Of a stretch of DNA of 64,000 nt, positions 47,738 to 57,589 are shown in pieces (positions within the stretch are counted from its first letter, which is position 1; each line of letters opens with the position of its first letter). The notes below the pieces were generated by a model, which was not told the DNA's origin, searched no databases, and saw nothing but the letters and a program-made list of their open reading frames with translations. The position numbers and the translations under genes are program-made. Source of the DNA: Pachysolen tannophilus NRRL Y-2460 (taxonomy: Eukaryota); assembly GCA_001661245.1 (NCBI GenBank), contig KV454012.1, forward strand, positions 1,600,418 to 1,664,417. Reading direction: 5' to 3'.

Positions 47738-48550
47738 TCAACTTTGTAATGCTCTACTAAATTCTTCTTTATTTTCTTTTTTCTTTTGATTCAATTTTTC
47801 TTCCAATTTTTTAATTTCTTCTTCTTCATCTTTTATTAAATCTTTAACATATATTTTTTTCTTTGTTTCGTTGTTTTTATTTTTTTGCAGATCAAACTGT
47901 ATTAAATCTTTATTATTAATTTTCAGATTTAGTAATTCAATCTGTGATCTCTGATCGTTTTCTAATTGTTTTAATTCAGATATTTCTTGATTAAGGCTTC
48001 CCATCAGAGTTAAATAACCGTTCAATTTAGAATTTAGTTCATTATTATTGAGCTCCAAAGTATTTGAATATTTCGATATCAAAAGTTCTAAAGTATTAAT
48101 TAATTCATCCATTGTATAGTTATTACTATTTAAATTGTTTAAAATCGATTGTAACTTTTTCTCTTCTGAGTTAATTCCATTATTACTGTTACCATTACTG
48201 ACATCCATTTCACTATTTAATTCATTCAATTTCATATTAGATATCTTAACTATTGGTCTATCATCTTCCATCATTTGTTCCCCAGAATCCTCATTTATAA
48301 CATAATCATTATCCTCAACCAAATCCACATACCCTTTAGTACCATCACTTCTTCTGGCATTATTTTTTTCATCAATCATATATATATTAGATTCAAAATC
48401 TTGAGCATCTCGTATCAACCTTGTTATATCTGGTTTATACGTCAAGGCATTTGTAAACATTCCAGATGGTGCAAAGTACAAGCTCTTGATAGAATTTGAG
48501 CTTCTATTTATCGAATCCAAACACTGACTAAATGAGGAAGACATCGCCAT
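47738..48550 (-). CDS. SPC34: DASH/Dam1 complex subunit Spc34
   Basis: SLYFAPSGMFTNAL..DITRLIRD N-terminus, coiled-coil C-terminus, adjacent to KAE1. Confidence 0.8.
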   Translation of the reverse strand: MAMSSSFSQCLDSINRSSNSIKSLYFAPSGMFTNALTYKPDITRLIRDAQDFESNIYMIDEKNNARRSDGTKGYVDLVEDNDYVINEDSGEQMMEDDRPIVKISNMKLNELNSEMDVSNGNSNNGINSEEKKLQSILNNLNSNNYTMDELINTLELLISKYSNTLELNNNELNSKLNGYLTLMGSLNQEISELKQLENDQRSQIELLNLKINNKDLIQFDLQKNKNNETKKKIYVKDLIKDEEEEIKKLEEKLNQKKKENKEEFSRALQS

Positions 48551-48682
48551 GCTAAACCCGATAACCTACCTAACAAATATATATACAAATGATAAAAATG
48601 ATCTATTATTCATATATAAATATATACAAATATATTTATATATTTATGTTCACGCGCCCTAACTAAATGTGATATAAAAAGT

Positions 48683-48808
48683 GTAAACAAAAAACCAAAA
48701 AAAAAAAAAAAAATGCACAAAAAAATTCCTAATTAGGAAATGGTACAGGTAGACTTCCTAATCTAGTATTATGAAGTAAATTAAGGTAAGCCTTACCGTT
48801 TTAGGAAA
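48683..48808. promoter_or_regulatory. Forkhead and Mcm1-type sites upstream of SPC34
   Basis: GTAAACAA at 48683, palindromic TTCCTAATTAGGAA at 48726, TTACCGTTTTAGGAAA at 48793. Confidence 0.6.
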
Positions 48809-48824
48809 TGCCTCGAGATGACTA

Positions 48825-49937
48825 TTAATCATCTCTCCATTTGACTAGGACTTCATCTGTTCTAAATTTCTGTGTACAAACGGTTTCATTCAAAGGAGTT
48901 GTATCTCCCATTCTGTAGGCCAATAGTCCGGCGTGGGCGATCATTATTCCGTTATCTATGCAGAATCTCTCATCAGTTGCATAAATGCTACCATTTCTGT
49001 CTTTAACCATGATTGCCATCATTTCTTGTAATCTTTCATTGCAACCAACACCACCGACAATTAAGACTTGATTAGAGTTGACGTGTGCCATTGCTCTTTC
49101 TGTTATTTCCACGAGCATTGCGAAAAGACATTCTTGTAAAGAGAAGCATAAATCTGCCGTTGTAATTTTTTCTCCAGACTCTGTAGTTAATAATTTATTT
49201 TTTTTATTATTAAATAAATCATAAGCTAAATTATCAATATATTCCAAGATTCCACTCATACTTAAATCCATACCTTTAACAGTATAAGGTAATTCAACAA
49301 AATTTTTACCCTTTAAAGCTAATTGTTCAATATTATAACCTGGAGAAGGATTATTTGAAATTTTTAAAGTTCTTGCAAATCTATCTAAACAATTTCCAAT
49401 AGCTATATCTAATGTTTCACCAAATATTCTATATCTTTGCCTTGAATATGCAATTATCTGAGTATTACCACCACTTACGTATAAAACTACTGGATTAGTA
49501 GAATTGGTGATTTCTCTACCCATTTCAATATGTCCTATACAATGGTTGACTCCAATCAATGGTATATCCCATAATTGTGATAATGTTCTAGCAGCTATTA
49601 CAACGCTTTGTAAAGGGGCACCCATTCCTGGACCTTGGGTAAAACATATAACATCCAAGTCTAAACCTTTCAATTTTGATACAATCAATGCCCTTTTAAT
49701 TAATCTTATGATCCAGTTTCTATGATGCCTAGCTGTATCTCTTGGTAAAAAACCTTCACCTGGTGGAGTAATATAAGTATCTCTAATATTTGCTAGAACA
49801 GTTGCTTTATTATTTGGTGTTAATTCACCTTTTTCATGTCGTATAATTCCAACACCTAATTTATTAGCCGATCCTTCTAAACCCAATGCATAATAATGAT
49901 CTTTTCCTGGCTTCAAATAAGAATCTAGATTAACCAT
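48825..49937 (-). CDS. KAE1: KEOPS t6A synthase Kae1
   Basis: [37 protein letters not shown]. Confidence 0.96.
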   Translation of the reverse strand: MVNLDSYLKPGKDHYYALGLEGSANKLGVGIIRHEKGELTPNNKATVLANIRDTYITPPGEGFLPRDTARHHRNWIIRLIKRALIVSKLKGLDLDVICFTQGPGMGAPLQSVVIAARTLSQLWDIPLIGVNHCIGHIEMGREITNSTNPVVLYVSGGNTQIIAYSRQRYRIFGETLDIAIGNCLDRFARTLKISNNPSPGYNIEQLALKGKNFVELPYTVKGMDLSMSGILEYIDNLAYDLFNNKKNKLLTTESGEKITTADLCFSLQECLFAMLVEITERAMAHVNSNQVLIVGGVGCNERLQEMMAIMVKDRNGSIYATDERFCIDNGIMIAHAGLLAYRMGDTTPLNETVCTQKFRTDEVLVKWRDD

Positions 49938-50529
49938 GATCCAATAATAAAAAATATAATAACTGCTATATTTAATAAAAATGAGAAACTTTATGTGCAT
50001 ATATATATATATATATATTTATTCTTACATATAAAAAAAATTTTTTTTTTTCACTTTACACCAGCAATAAGACGTCTTGAACAGTATAAAAAGACAAGTT
50101 ACAGAGATTTTTAAAAGACTAGGGGTAGAGTAGACTAGAGTAGAGTAGAGTAAGCGAGACGAGGATTTTTAAACAACTATGATAATTACTTTTTTTTCTC
50201 AAATCTACAAGTAATCCATCCCACTTATCAAGTTTAATATTACTAACCAGTTGAATTGTAAAAGATTTTGAAATTGTAATTGCAAACAGCAAAACAACCA
50301 ACAAGAACAATATTAATTCAATCTACAGGAGTTCATATGAATTTCTTCAAATTAGAAACAAACCAGGATTATAAAAACATAAAATTAAAAATCAATTTAT
50401 TAATAATAGAAATACCCATTTAATAATCAAACCGACTTTTGCTTTTTTTCTTTTTTTTTTTAAAAAAATTTCTTTATTTCATTTATTTTTGTCTTTTTTT
50501 CAGCTATAGTTGAATCATTTTATTTTAAC

Positions 50530-50994
50530 TTAACGTGAAGATGGGAGAACTTTTTGGAAAGCACCTTTAGCTTGTTGTTTTGAGAATTTGGCACCACCTG
50601 CAACTAATTCAGCCTTTGCAGCCTTCTTCTTAGCCTTTTCAGCCTTTCTCTTTTCTTTATCAGCTTTAAGAGAAGCTTCTCTTTGAGCTTTTCTTTGTTC
50701 TGGTTTTTGTGATCTTCTTTCCTTAATTAAATCCAATGAAGCACCAACAACAGCTCTTTGATGTTTAACTGATTTTCTAGTCTTTCTCTTGGAAACTTCT
50801 TCAGTAATACCTTTCTTGTGGTGTCTTCTAAATAAAACAGTCCATGAAATTCTTCTTGGATTCTTTCTTTGGTGGAATAATGAAGCAGATTTAGATGAGT
50901 GGAATCTGAAAACTTTTGAGTCACCACGAACAAATAAAGTACCTCTACCTGGGTAGATCTTTTGACCAGAAAATGAACAAACTTCAACCTTCAT
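50530..50994 (-). CDS. RPL24: 60S ribosomal protein eL24
   Basis: MKVEVCSFSGQKIYPGRG..RKNPRRISWTVLFRRHHKKG. Confidence 0.97.
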   Translation of the reverse strand: MKVEVCSFSGQKIYPGRGTLFVRGDSKVFRFHSSKSASLFHQRKNPRRISWTVLFRRHHKKGITEEVSKRKTRKSVKHQRAVVGASLDLIKERRSQKPEQRKAQREASLKADKEKRKAEKAKKKAAKAELVAGGAKFSKQQAKGAFQKVLPSSR

Positions 50995-51606
50995 TTCGTG
51001 ATTCTTATAAATAGATTAAGTTGATTGAACTGAAAAGATGAAAATATAGAATGAAAAAAAAAAATAAGAGAAAATGGAAAATAAAAATTTAATCAATATT
51101 TTTTTTAAAAACCAAAGTTGCCAAAAAACTCAACCTAGAAACAACCCGTAGTAGTTATTGAGGAAACCTTCAACTTTACGTGAAAAAAGAAAAAAATTTG
51201 AAAAAATTGAGAAAAACAAAAAAAAATGTGTGAAAAAAAATGTGATTTCCTGATCGGGAAGTACTTTTGATGTGACAGTGAAAAAATTAAAAAGTAGTGA
51301 ATTTCTCAGTACCAGTAAACACTTGTCCAACGGTATATTTCAGCACTAATAAAAAACAATACCAAATAAATAGTACCATTGACAAAAAAACAATACTTTA
51401 ATTTTGGATGCACGACTTTAAGAAGTTTGGGGGGGGGTTTTCTGCTTCAATGCACTACTTTTCAATGAATTTTTTTTTCTTTTTCTCAATTTGGTGAAAT
51501 TTTTCACCAAAAGTTTCTCTCGCTCTCTATACAAGAAAGAGAGAAAAAAATTTTTCTTTAATACTTTTTATAATACTTTTTTTTTATTTCTTATAACTAT
51601 ATCACC

Positions 51607-51649
51607 GACCGGAGTGTATAACAATTAATCAAAAAACACAGAGATGGTC
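51607..51649 (+). promoter_or_regulatory. L30-binding kink-turn autoregulatory RNA element
   Basis: GACCGGAGTGT (51607-51617) pairs with ACACAGAGATGGTC (51636-51649), overlapping the ATG and 5' splice site. Confidence 0.85.
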
Positions 51650-52086
51650 AGTATCATTTTATCTTAACATGTGTTATATGGTCGACAGACTTTTTAAGCA
51701 TGAGACCTTTTAATTTTTTTATATATACTAACTAGAAGTCTTTTCAATATTTATTATTACAGGCCCCAAAAATTAAGAAGAACAGCGAAAACATCAACGC
51801 TAAGTTGGCTTTAAGTATCAAATCAGGTAAATATACCTTGGGTTACAAGTCAACTGTTAAATCCTTAAGACAAGGTAAGGCAAAGTTGATCATCATTGCC
51901 GCTAACACCCCAGTTTTGAGAAAATCAGAATTGGAATATTACGCTATGCTTTCAAAAACCAATGTCTACTACTTCCCAGGTGGTAACAATGAATTAGGTA
52001 CTGCTTGTGGTAAATTATTCAGAGTTGGTGTTTTAACCATTTTGGATGCTGGTGATTCAGATATCTTGACTGCTGTTCAAGCTTAA
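51644..52086 (+). CDS. RPL30: 60S ribosomal protein eL30; exon 1 is ATG only, intron 51647-51762
   Basis: Intron GTCAGT..TACTAAC(51726)..CAG gives spliced [28 protein letters not shown]. Confidence 0.96.
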
Positions 52087-52472
52087 ATAGAAAACTAATT
52101 TTCCCTTTTTTTTCTGTTTTTGCTTTTTTTTTTTTTTATATATGATTTTCTTGTGTAATATATCATAATATTATATCTTTTGATCGTTAATGAGATATTG
52201 GTAATAACAGTAGCGTATATACATTCTTTGATATATATGAATAAGATTGAATCTTTCTAGCTTTATTGTGTATAACAGTGAGTGCGCACTTGTGCGCTTA
52301 TGCGTATGTATGTGCGTGCGCGTTTGATACCGCATTGGGATCCGGTATTGCGGGATCCAATTTTATCTAATCAGGCAGCATCAGTATCAGCATCATATAT
52401 ATAAACTAGCTATTGTTGACTATTTTGAAAAGAGAAAGTTAATTGATTGATCGATATGCCAATAGAGATAAT

Positions 52473-53648
52473 ATGTCGGTTCCAATTTATATTTTGACGT
52501 TTAATTGTAACAAGAATTTCCAAAATCCAGATGCAATAATTTCAACTTTCTCCAAGAGTTATCCAGTGGATCCTTTCCCAGAATTTTTTGTATTTGGATT
52601 TCAAGAAGTTTGTTCAATTTTAGATAGTACTTCTTTTGAAGTTGTTAATAACTTATTGATTGAGTTGAATGAAACTTTGATAAAATCGCTAAGAAGAAAA
52701 TATGGTAGAGAATATAATTTTCAAACTGTTTCAATTAGTCATGTTGGTGCTATAGGATTAATTATAATAACTCCATTTTTAAGTAAAATTTCAAATATTA
52801 AAATAGGTAATTGTAGTTGTGGAATATTTGCTTCTTCATTAAAAGGTGGATGTGGTATACGTTTTAATTATAAAACTACAGATTTATCTTCTTCAACATT
52901 TTTCACTTTTTGTAATTGTCATTTAGCAGCTTTAGAAGGAGAAAGAAATTTACAAAAAAGAAATCAAGATGTTTTAACTTTAATGAAAGGAATAGATTTT
53001 GGTGATGGATTTGGATTAATTAAACCTAAAAATCATTGTTTTTTCATTGGAGATTTAAATTATAGAGCAACAGCTCGTATATTTAATAATACTATAACAG
53101 ATAATTCTAATGAAGATAGAATGATTGATGAAAATGAAGAATTAATAATTGATATAGATAAAGATGAATTAAATTTGTGTAGGAAAAACAATGAAGTTTT
53201 CATTGGATTTGATGAACCAAATGTGAAATTTAAACCAACTTATAAATATATCTTGGGAACACAAGAATATAATATGAAAAGAATACCTTCATGGTGTGAT
53301 AGAATACTATATCAATCATATAATACTGATTCCAATGTTATTGTTCATAAATACGATTCGATTTCCATTTCCGATTCTGGACTATTATCTGATCATCAAC
53401 CAGTATACCTTTCAATATCAGTTCCAATGGATCCACCGATTAATATAATAAATACTCATGGTTATTTGAGTGATGTCGATGGTATTAACATTGATAACGT
53501 TTACCTTAAACCAAGTAACTTAGATAAGGCCAGAAGAATATTAACATTTATTAGTGATTCAACAATAGGGTATGCATTATATAGTATTGGAACAACTAAA
53601 GGACGGTTCATTACAATTATTGGTTTAATAATTTTTTATTTTTTTTAA
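52473..53648 (+). CDS. INP54: Tail-anchored inositol polyphosphate 5-phosphatase
   Basis: TFNCNK, GFQE, GDLNYR, PSWCDRILY, SDHQPV and a hydrophobic C-terminus. Confidence 0.85.
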   Translation: MSVPIYILTFNCNKNFQNPDAIISTFSKSYPVDPFPEFFVFGFQEVCSILDSTSFEVVNNLLIELNETLIKSLRRKYGREYNFQTVSISHVGAIGLIIITPFLSKISNIKIGNCSCGIFASSLKGGCGIRFNYKTTDLSSSTFFTFCNCHLAALEGERNLQKRNQDVLTLMKGIDFGDGFGLIKPKNHCFFIGDLNYRATARIFNNTITDNSNEDRMIDENEELIIDIDKDELNLCRKNNEVFIGFDEPNVKFKPTYKYILGTQEYNMKRIPSWCDRILYQSYNTDSNVIVHKYDSISISDSGLLSDHQPVYLSISVPMDPPINIINTHGYLSDVDGINIDNVYLKPSNLDKARRILTFISDSTIGYALYSIGTTKGRFITIIGLIIFYFF

Positions 53649-53736
53649 AAATTTTTCTTTAAAAATTATATTCAAGAAATATATACAAAATTAATCAACT
53701 AATACCCTCCTTCATCTTATGCTATTTCATTCCACT

Positions 53737-54015
53737 TCAATCATGTGGTTTACCATTTACCTTTGGTTGTAATCTAGTAGTATGATAATTAATCGATGAT
53801 TTTTGAACTCTCTGCGCTGTGGAACTGCTTGATTCCATACAAACTTTTAAATCTGTCTCCAACTTCTTACACACTTTATTACTTTCACCGTTTGATGACC
53901 AGCAATTCAACAATGAAGACATTATCACCAAACACGGATTAGCCTGTGTTTGAACCACTGGTTTCTTCACCCGAAGTGTTGGTAACGGTGGAAGTCTTAC
54001 TGGTCTTTGTGACAT
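53737..54015 (-). CDS. MRP10: Mitochondrial ribosomal protein mS37 (twin CX9C-like)
   Basis: RLPPLPTLRVKKP..NPCLVIMSSLLNCWSSNG..SINYH. Confidence 0.92.
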   Translation of the reverse strand: MSQRPVRLPPLPTLRVKKPVVQTQANPCLVIMSSLLNCWSSNGESNKVCKKLETDLKVCMESSSSTAQRVQKSSINYHTTRLQPKVNGKPHD

Positions 54016-54363
54016 ATCGAAACTACTTCTCCTCCAAAATTAAAAATAAAAAAAGCAAAATATTCAACTACTCAACTACTCAACTATTCAATATCAAGCT
54101 ACTTCACACACTAGCAACTACCACCCAGAATCAAATACCTATTAAACCCAATTTTAATACAATCTTTTCATCTTGTCGGTTGAAATATTTTTTTTTTGGT
54201 GAAGTTTTTCGATAAAACTTTTTGCTCGAATTTTCACGACTGTTTTTTTTTTCTCTCATCTTGTTTGCTGAGAAGTTGTAATTGTATGAAAACATCTTTA
54301 TCAAGAACTTCAAGGTTTCTTTAGATTTGTAAATATATATATATATATATATATGACGTTTTG

Positions 54364-56345
54364 ATGTTAAGGGGGAAAATGCCGGTTGATAAAGAAGTTG
54401 TATTAGTAGACTCAACAGATTCTGGGAAGAATGGGAATGGGCATTATCGCCCGAATAAGATATCGAAGATAAACTCGTCACAAGATATTTATAACCAGTC
54501 ATCTTCAAATTCCACTCCATTTAATTCTCATGGGACAACTCCATTACCGTTTAATGGGGATGGTGGTGGTGGTGGTGGTGGTCGCATTGGTTCTAGTGCT
54601 GCGGTGAATAGGCTTTTAAGCGCTGAGGGATTACCTTTGCCATCTTCTGTTTCTTCTTCATCAGAGTCAGAGGTAGAATCTGAATCTGAATCTGGTGAAT
54701 TGGGTTCAGGTTCTGGTTTTTCAGAGAAAGGTGTACGAAGTGAGAATAGCAGAGGAAGGAGTGTTTCTTCTTCTGCAGAAAATAGAAATCACGATGAGGA
54801 TGGAGGTGAAAGCGATTCTAAGAGTGGAAGTGGGAGTGTGAGTGGGAGTGGAAGCGAGAGTCTGCTTAGCAATAGCGATGAAGATAGTGAGTTGGAAGAG
54901 CTACATTTTGATCAGGAAGATTCAAATTTAAGTGATAGCAAGAGCAAGGATGATGATGACAATAATAATAATAATAATAATAATGAAATTACAGGTGATT
55001 TTGTTTCAAAAGAGACTACTTCATTGGCTAGAAGCTATTTAAAAGCTAATGGGTCAATGAAATTTTTGGATCGTTATTTACCTGGAACTGCATCAGCTGA
55101 AGATATTTTAAATTTGATTCAGCTTTTAGGTTATAAGCCTAAAGAATTACCTCGGTCTTTATTATTTAATGAAAAAAAATTAAAAAAAATAATGAAAGAA
55201 GTGACGAGGATAAAGAAGAAGAAGATGAAGATTTTAACCAAGTGGATAACGAAAATGCTTTGATGTATTTGATCAAATTTTTACAAAAAGCAATGAATAA
55301 AGTATTGACCATGAGAGTAAGATTACCAGATTTTGATACAATTGAAGCGTTAGTAGATAGTATAAATAATGCATCAAATATTGTGGTTTTAACTGGAGCA
55401 GGTATTTCAACATCTTTAGGGATACCAGATTTTAGATCTTCAAAAGGTTTTTATGCAAAGTTATCCTATCTTGGGTTGGAAGATCCACAGGAAGTATTTG
55501 ACTTGTCTTATTTTAGAGAAGACCCAGCAATATTTTATTCAATAGCACATATGATCTTACCACCAGAACATGCATTTACACCATTACATGGTTTTATTAG
55601 ATTATTACAAGATAAGGGGAAATTATTAAGAAATTATACTCAAAATATAGATAATTTAGAAAGTAATGTTGGAATTGATGCAGATAAATTGATTCAATGT
55701 CATGGATCTTTTGCCACTGCAACATGTATTACTTGTGGGTTTAAAGTTCCAGGTGAAACAATTTTTAAAGAAATTAGAGCTCAAGAAGTACCTATATGTC
55801 CCTGGTGTAAGACTAAAAGATTTAAATTGTTAAAAGAAATTGAACTTGAAGAAGATCTTAATGGCTCTGCAAGTGCATGGAAAACAATGTTTTCTAAATC
55901 GTTTGGTGTAATGAAACCAGATATAACTTTTTTCGGTGAAGCATTACCTGAAAGATTTCATACAAGTATAAAGAAAGATATTTCAGAATGTGATTTATTA
56001 ATATGTATAGGGACATCTTTAAAAGTTGCTCCAGTATCTGAAATAGTGAACATGATCCCAGAAGAAGTGCCTCAAGTCTTAATCAATAAAGATTTGGTTG
56101 GTCATTGTGAATTCGATTTAAGTTTATTAGGCTATTGTGATCAAGTAATTGTCTATCTCTCTGAAAAATTAGGCTGGAAAATAAATCATAAAGATTTTGA
56201 AAAAATTGCTAAAAGCGATCTAAAATGCACTCTGGTTGAAGAAAAAGTTGGAATTTATGAAATCACAAGTTCAAATTACAACGAAGAAGAATTAAATGAG
56301 AAATCAGATATAATTGGAGAAATAGAAGAAAAAGAAGAAGAATAA
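54364..56345 (+). CDS. SIR2: NAD-dependent histone deacetylase Sir2/Hst1, frameshift near 55172-55189
   Basis: [36 protein letters not shown]. The upstream ORF holds the Sir2 N-terminal motif [19 protein letters not shown]. Confidence 0.92.
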
Positions 56346-56760
56346 GAATAAGAACTGGGTACCAACTCCAAACTACTTTTTCACAAAAACTAATTCCCTT
56401 TTTTTCACTTACTTCTCCTCCTCGCCAACTACCCTTAGATACTTACATATATACATATATATATATATATCTATAATCCATCTCTCAATTATAACTAGAA
56501 CTAGAGAACTATTGACAAACTTTTATCAACTTCAAAAACAAATTACACGCAATCAATGCGGCTTAGCCGCTGGAAAGAAGGCGTGTATAAAATGACAAGT
56601 AGTTTTCTCAATTTATATTATATTATATATATTATCAATTAAGGGCATCCTGTTGTCTATTGAAACCAATAAATTGTATATTGTAATTAATCATTGTGAT
56701 AGTGATAATAATCATAGATAGATAGATAGTTTAGAGGTAATAATAATTGAAGAGATAAAG

Positions 56761-57459
56761 ATGTCATCGACATCTAAAACTGAGCCATTTAAGAAATTTT
56801 TTAACAAGTTGCCCGGAATAAATTTACCGGTATCTACAAATTATTCTCTTCTTCCATCATCATTACCGACAAATGTTAGTGTGACGGTACCTCCTGAAGA
56901 GAGAATTCGAGATAAGATAAGTAAAAATGTTAAGAAATTTGTGAACAGATTTCCATTTGGGAATGGTGATGAGGGGGAAATTTCATTGGAGACTAATGAT
57001 CAAATTGTTACATCAGATCCAGGTATATTTCAATTATCAAGGTATGATAGATTGGTATTATTTTTCATATGTTTTGGAATATCTGTTGCTTGTTTCCTGA
57101 TATGTTTTTTTTTATTCCCATTATTATCATTAAAACCTGCAAAATTTTCTATAATATGGTCTCTTGGTTCAATTTTTTTCTTAATTTCATTTTGTATATT
57201 ACAAGGTTCTAAAAAATTTATGGAAAATTTATTTAAACTGGATAGAATTTTTTTCACATTATGTTACTTATCTTCAATAACTTTAACATTGATATTTGCA
57301 TTGGTAATTAAGATAACATTATTTGTTATCATTGCTTGTTTCGTGCAGTTTATTGCAATGATATGGTTTAGTGTTAGTTATTTCCCATTAGGTTTAAATG
57401 GGTTAAGGTTTACCACTAGCTTAGCAACTTCTCAAGTAGAAGGTTGGATTAATTCTTAA
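56761..57459 (+). CDS. SFT2: Sft2/Got1-family tetraspan Golgi protein
   Basis: LSRYDRL, KPAKFSIIWSLGS, four TM helices, SYFPLG..GLRF. Confidence 0.88.
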   Translation: MSSTSKTEPFKKFFNKLPGINLPVSTNYSLLPSSLPTNVSVTVPPEERIRDKISKNVKKFVNRFPFGNGDEGEISLETNDQIVTSDPGIFQLSRYDRLVLFFICFGISVACFLICFFLFPLLSLKPAKFSIIWSLGSIFFLISFCILQGSKKFMENLFKLDRIFFTLCYLSSITLTLIFALVIKITLFVIIACFVQFIAMIWFSVSYFPLGLNGLRFTTSLATSQVEGWINS

Positions 57460-57589
57460 AAAAAGATTATAAATTCATAAATGAAAAAAAAAAAAAAAAA
57501 AAAACAACAAAAAAGAAAAAGAAAATAGTAAATTTTTTAATTACATATATATATATATATATATTTATATATACTTGTCTATAATCTTA

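Noticed and set aside
57030..57257. Lipoprotein-like or secreted antisense ORF
   Set aside because: It lies antisense to SFT2 TM-coding sequence and has no independent support.
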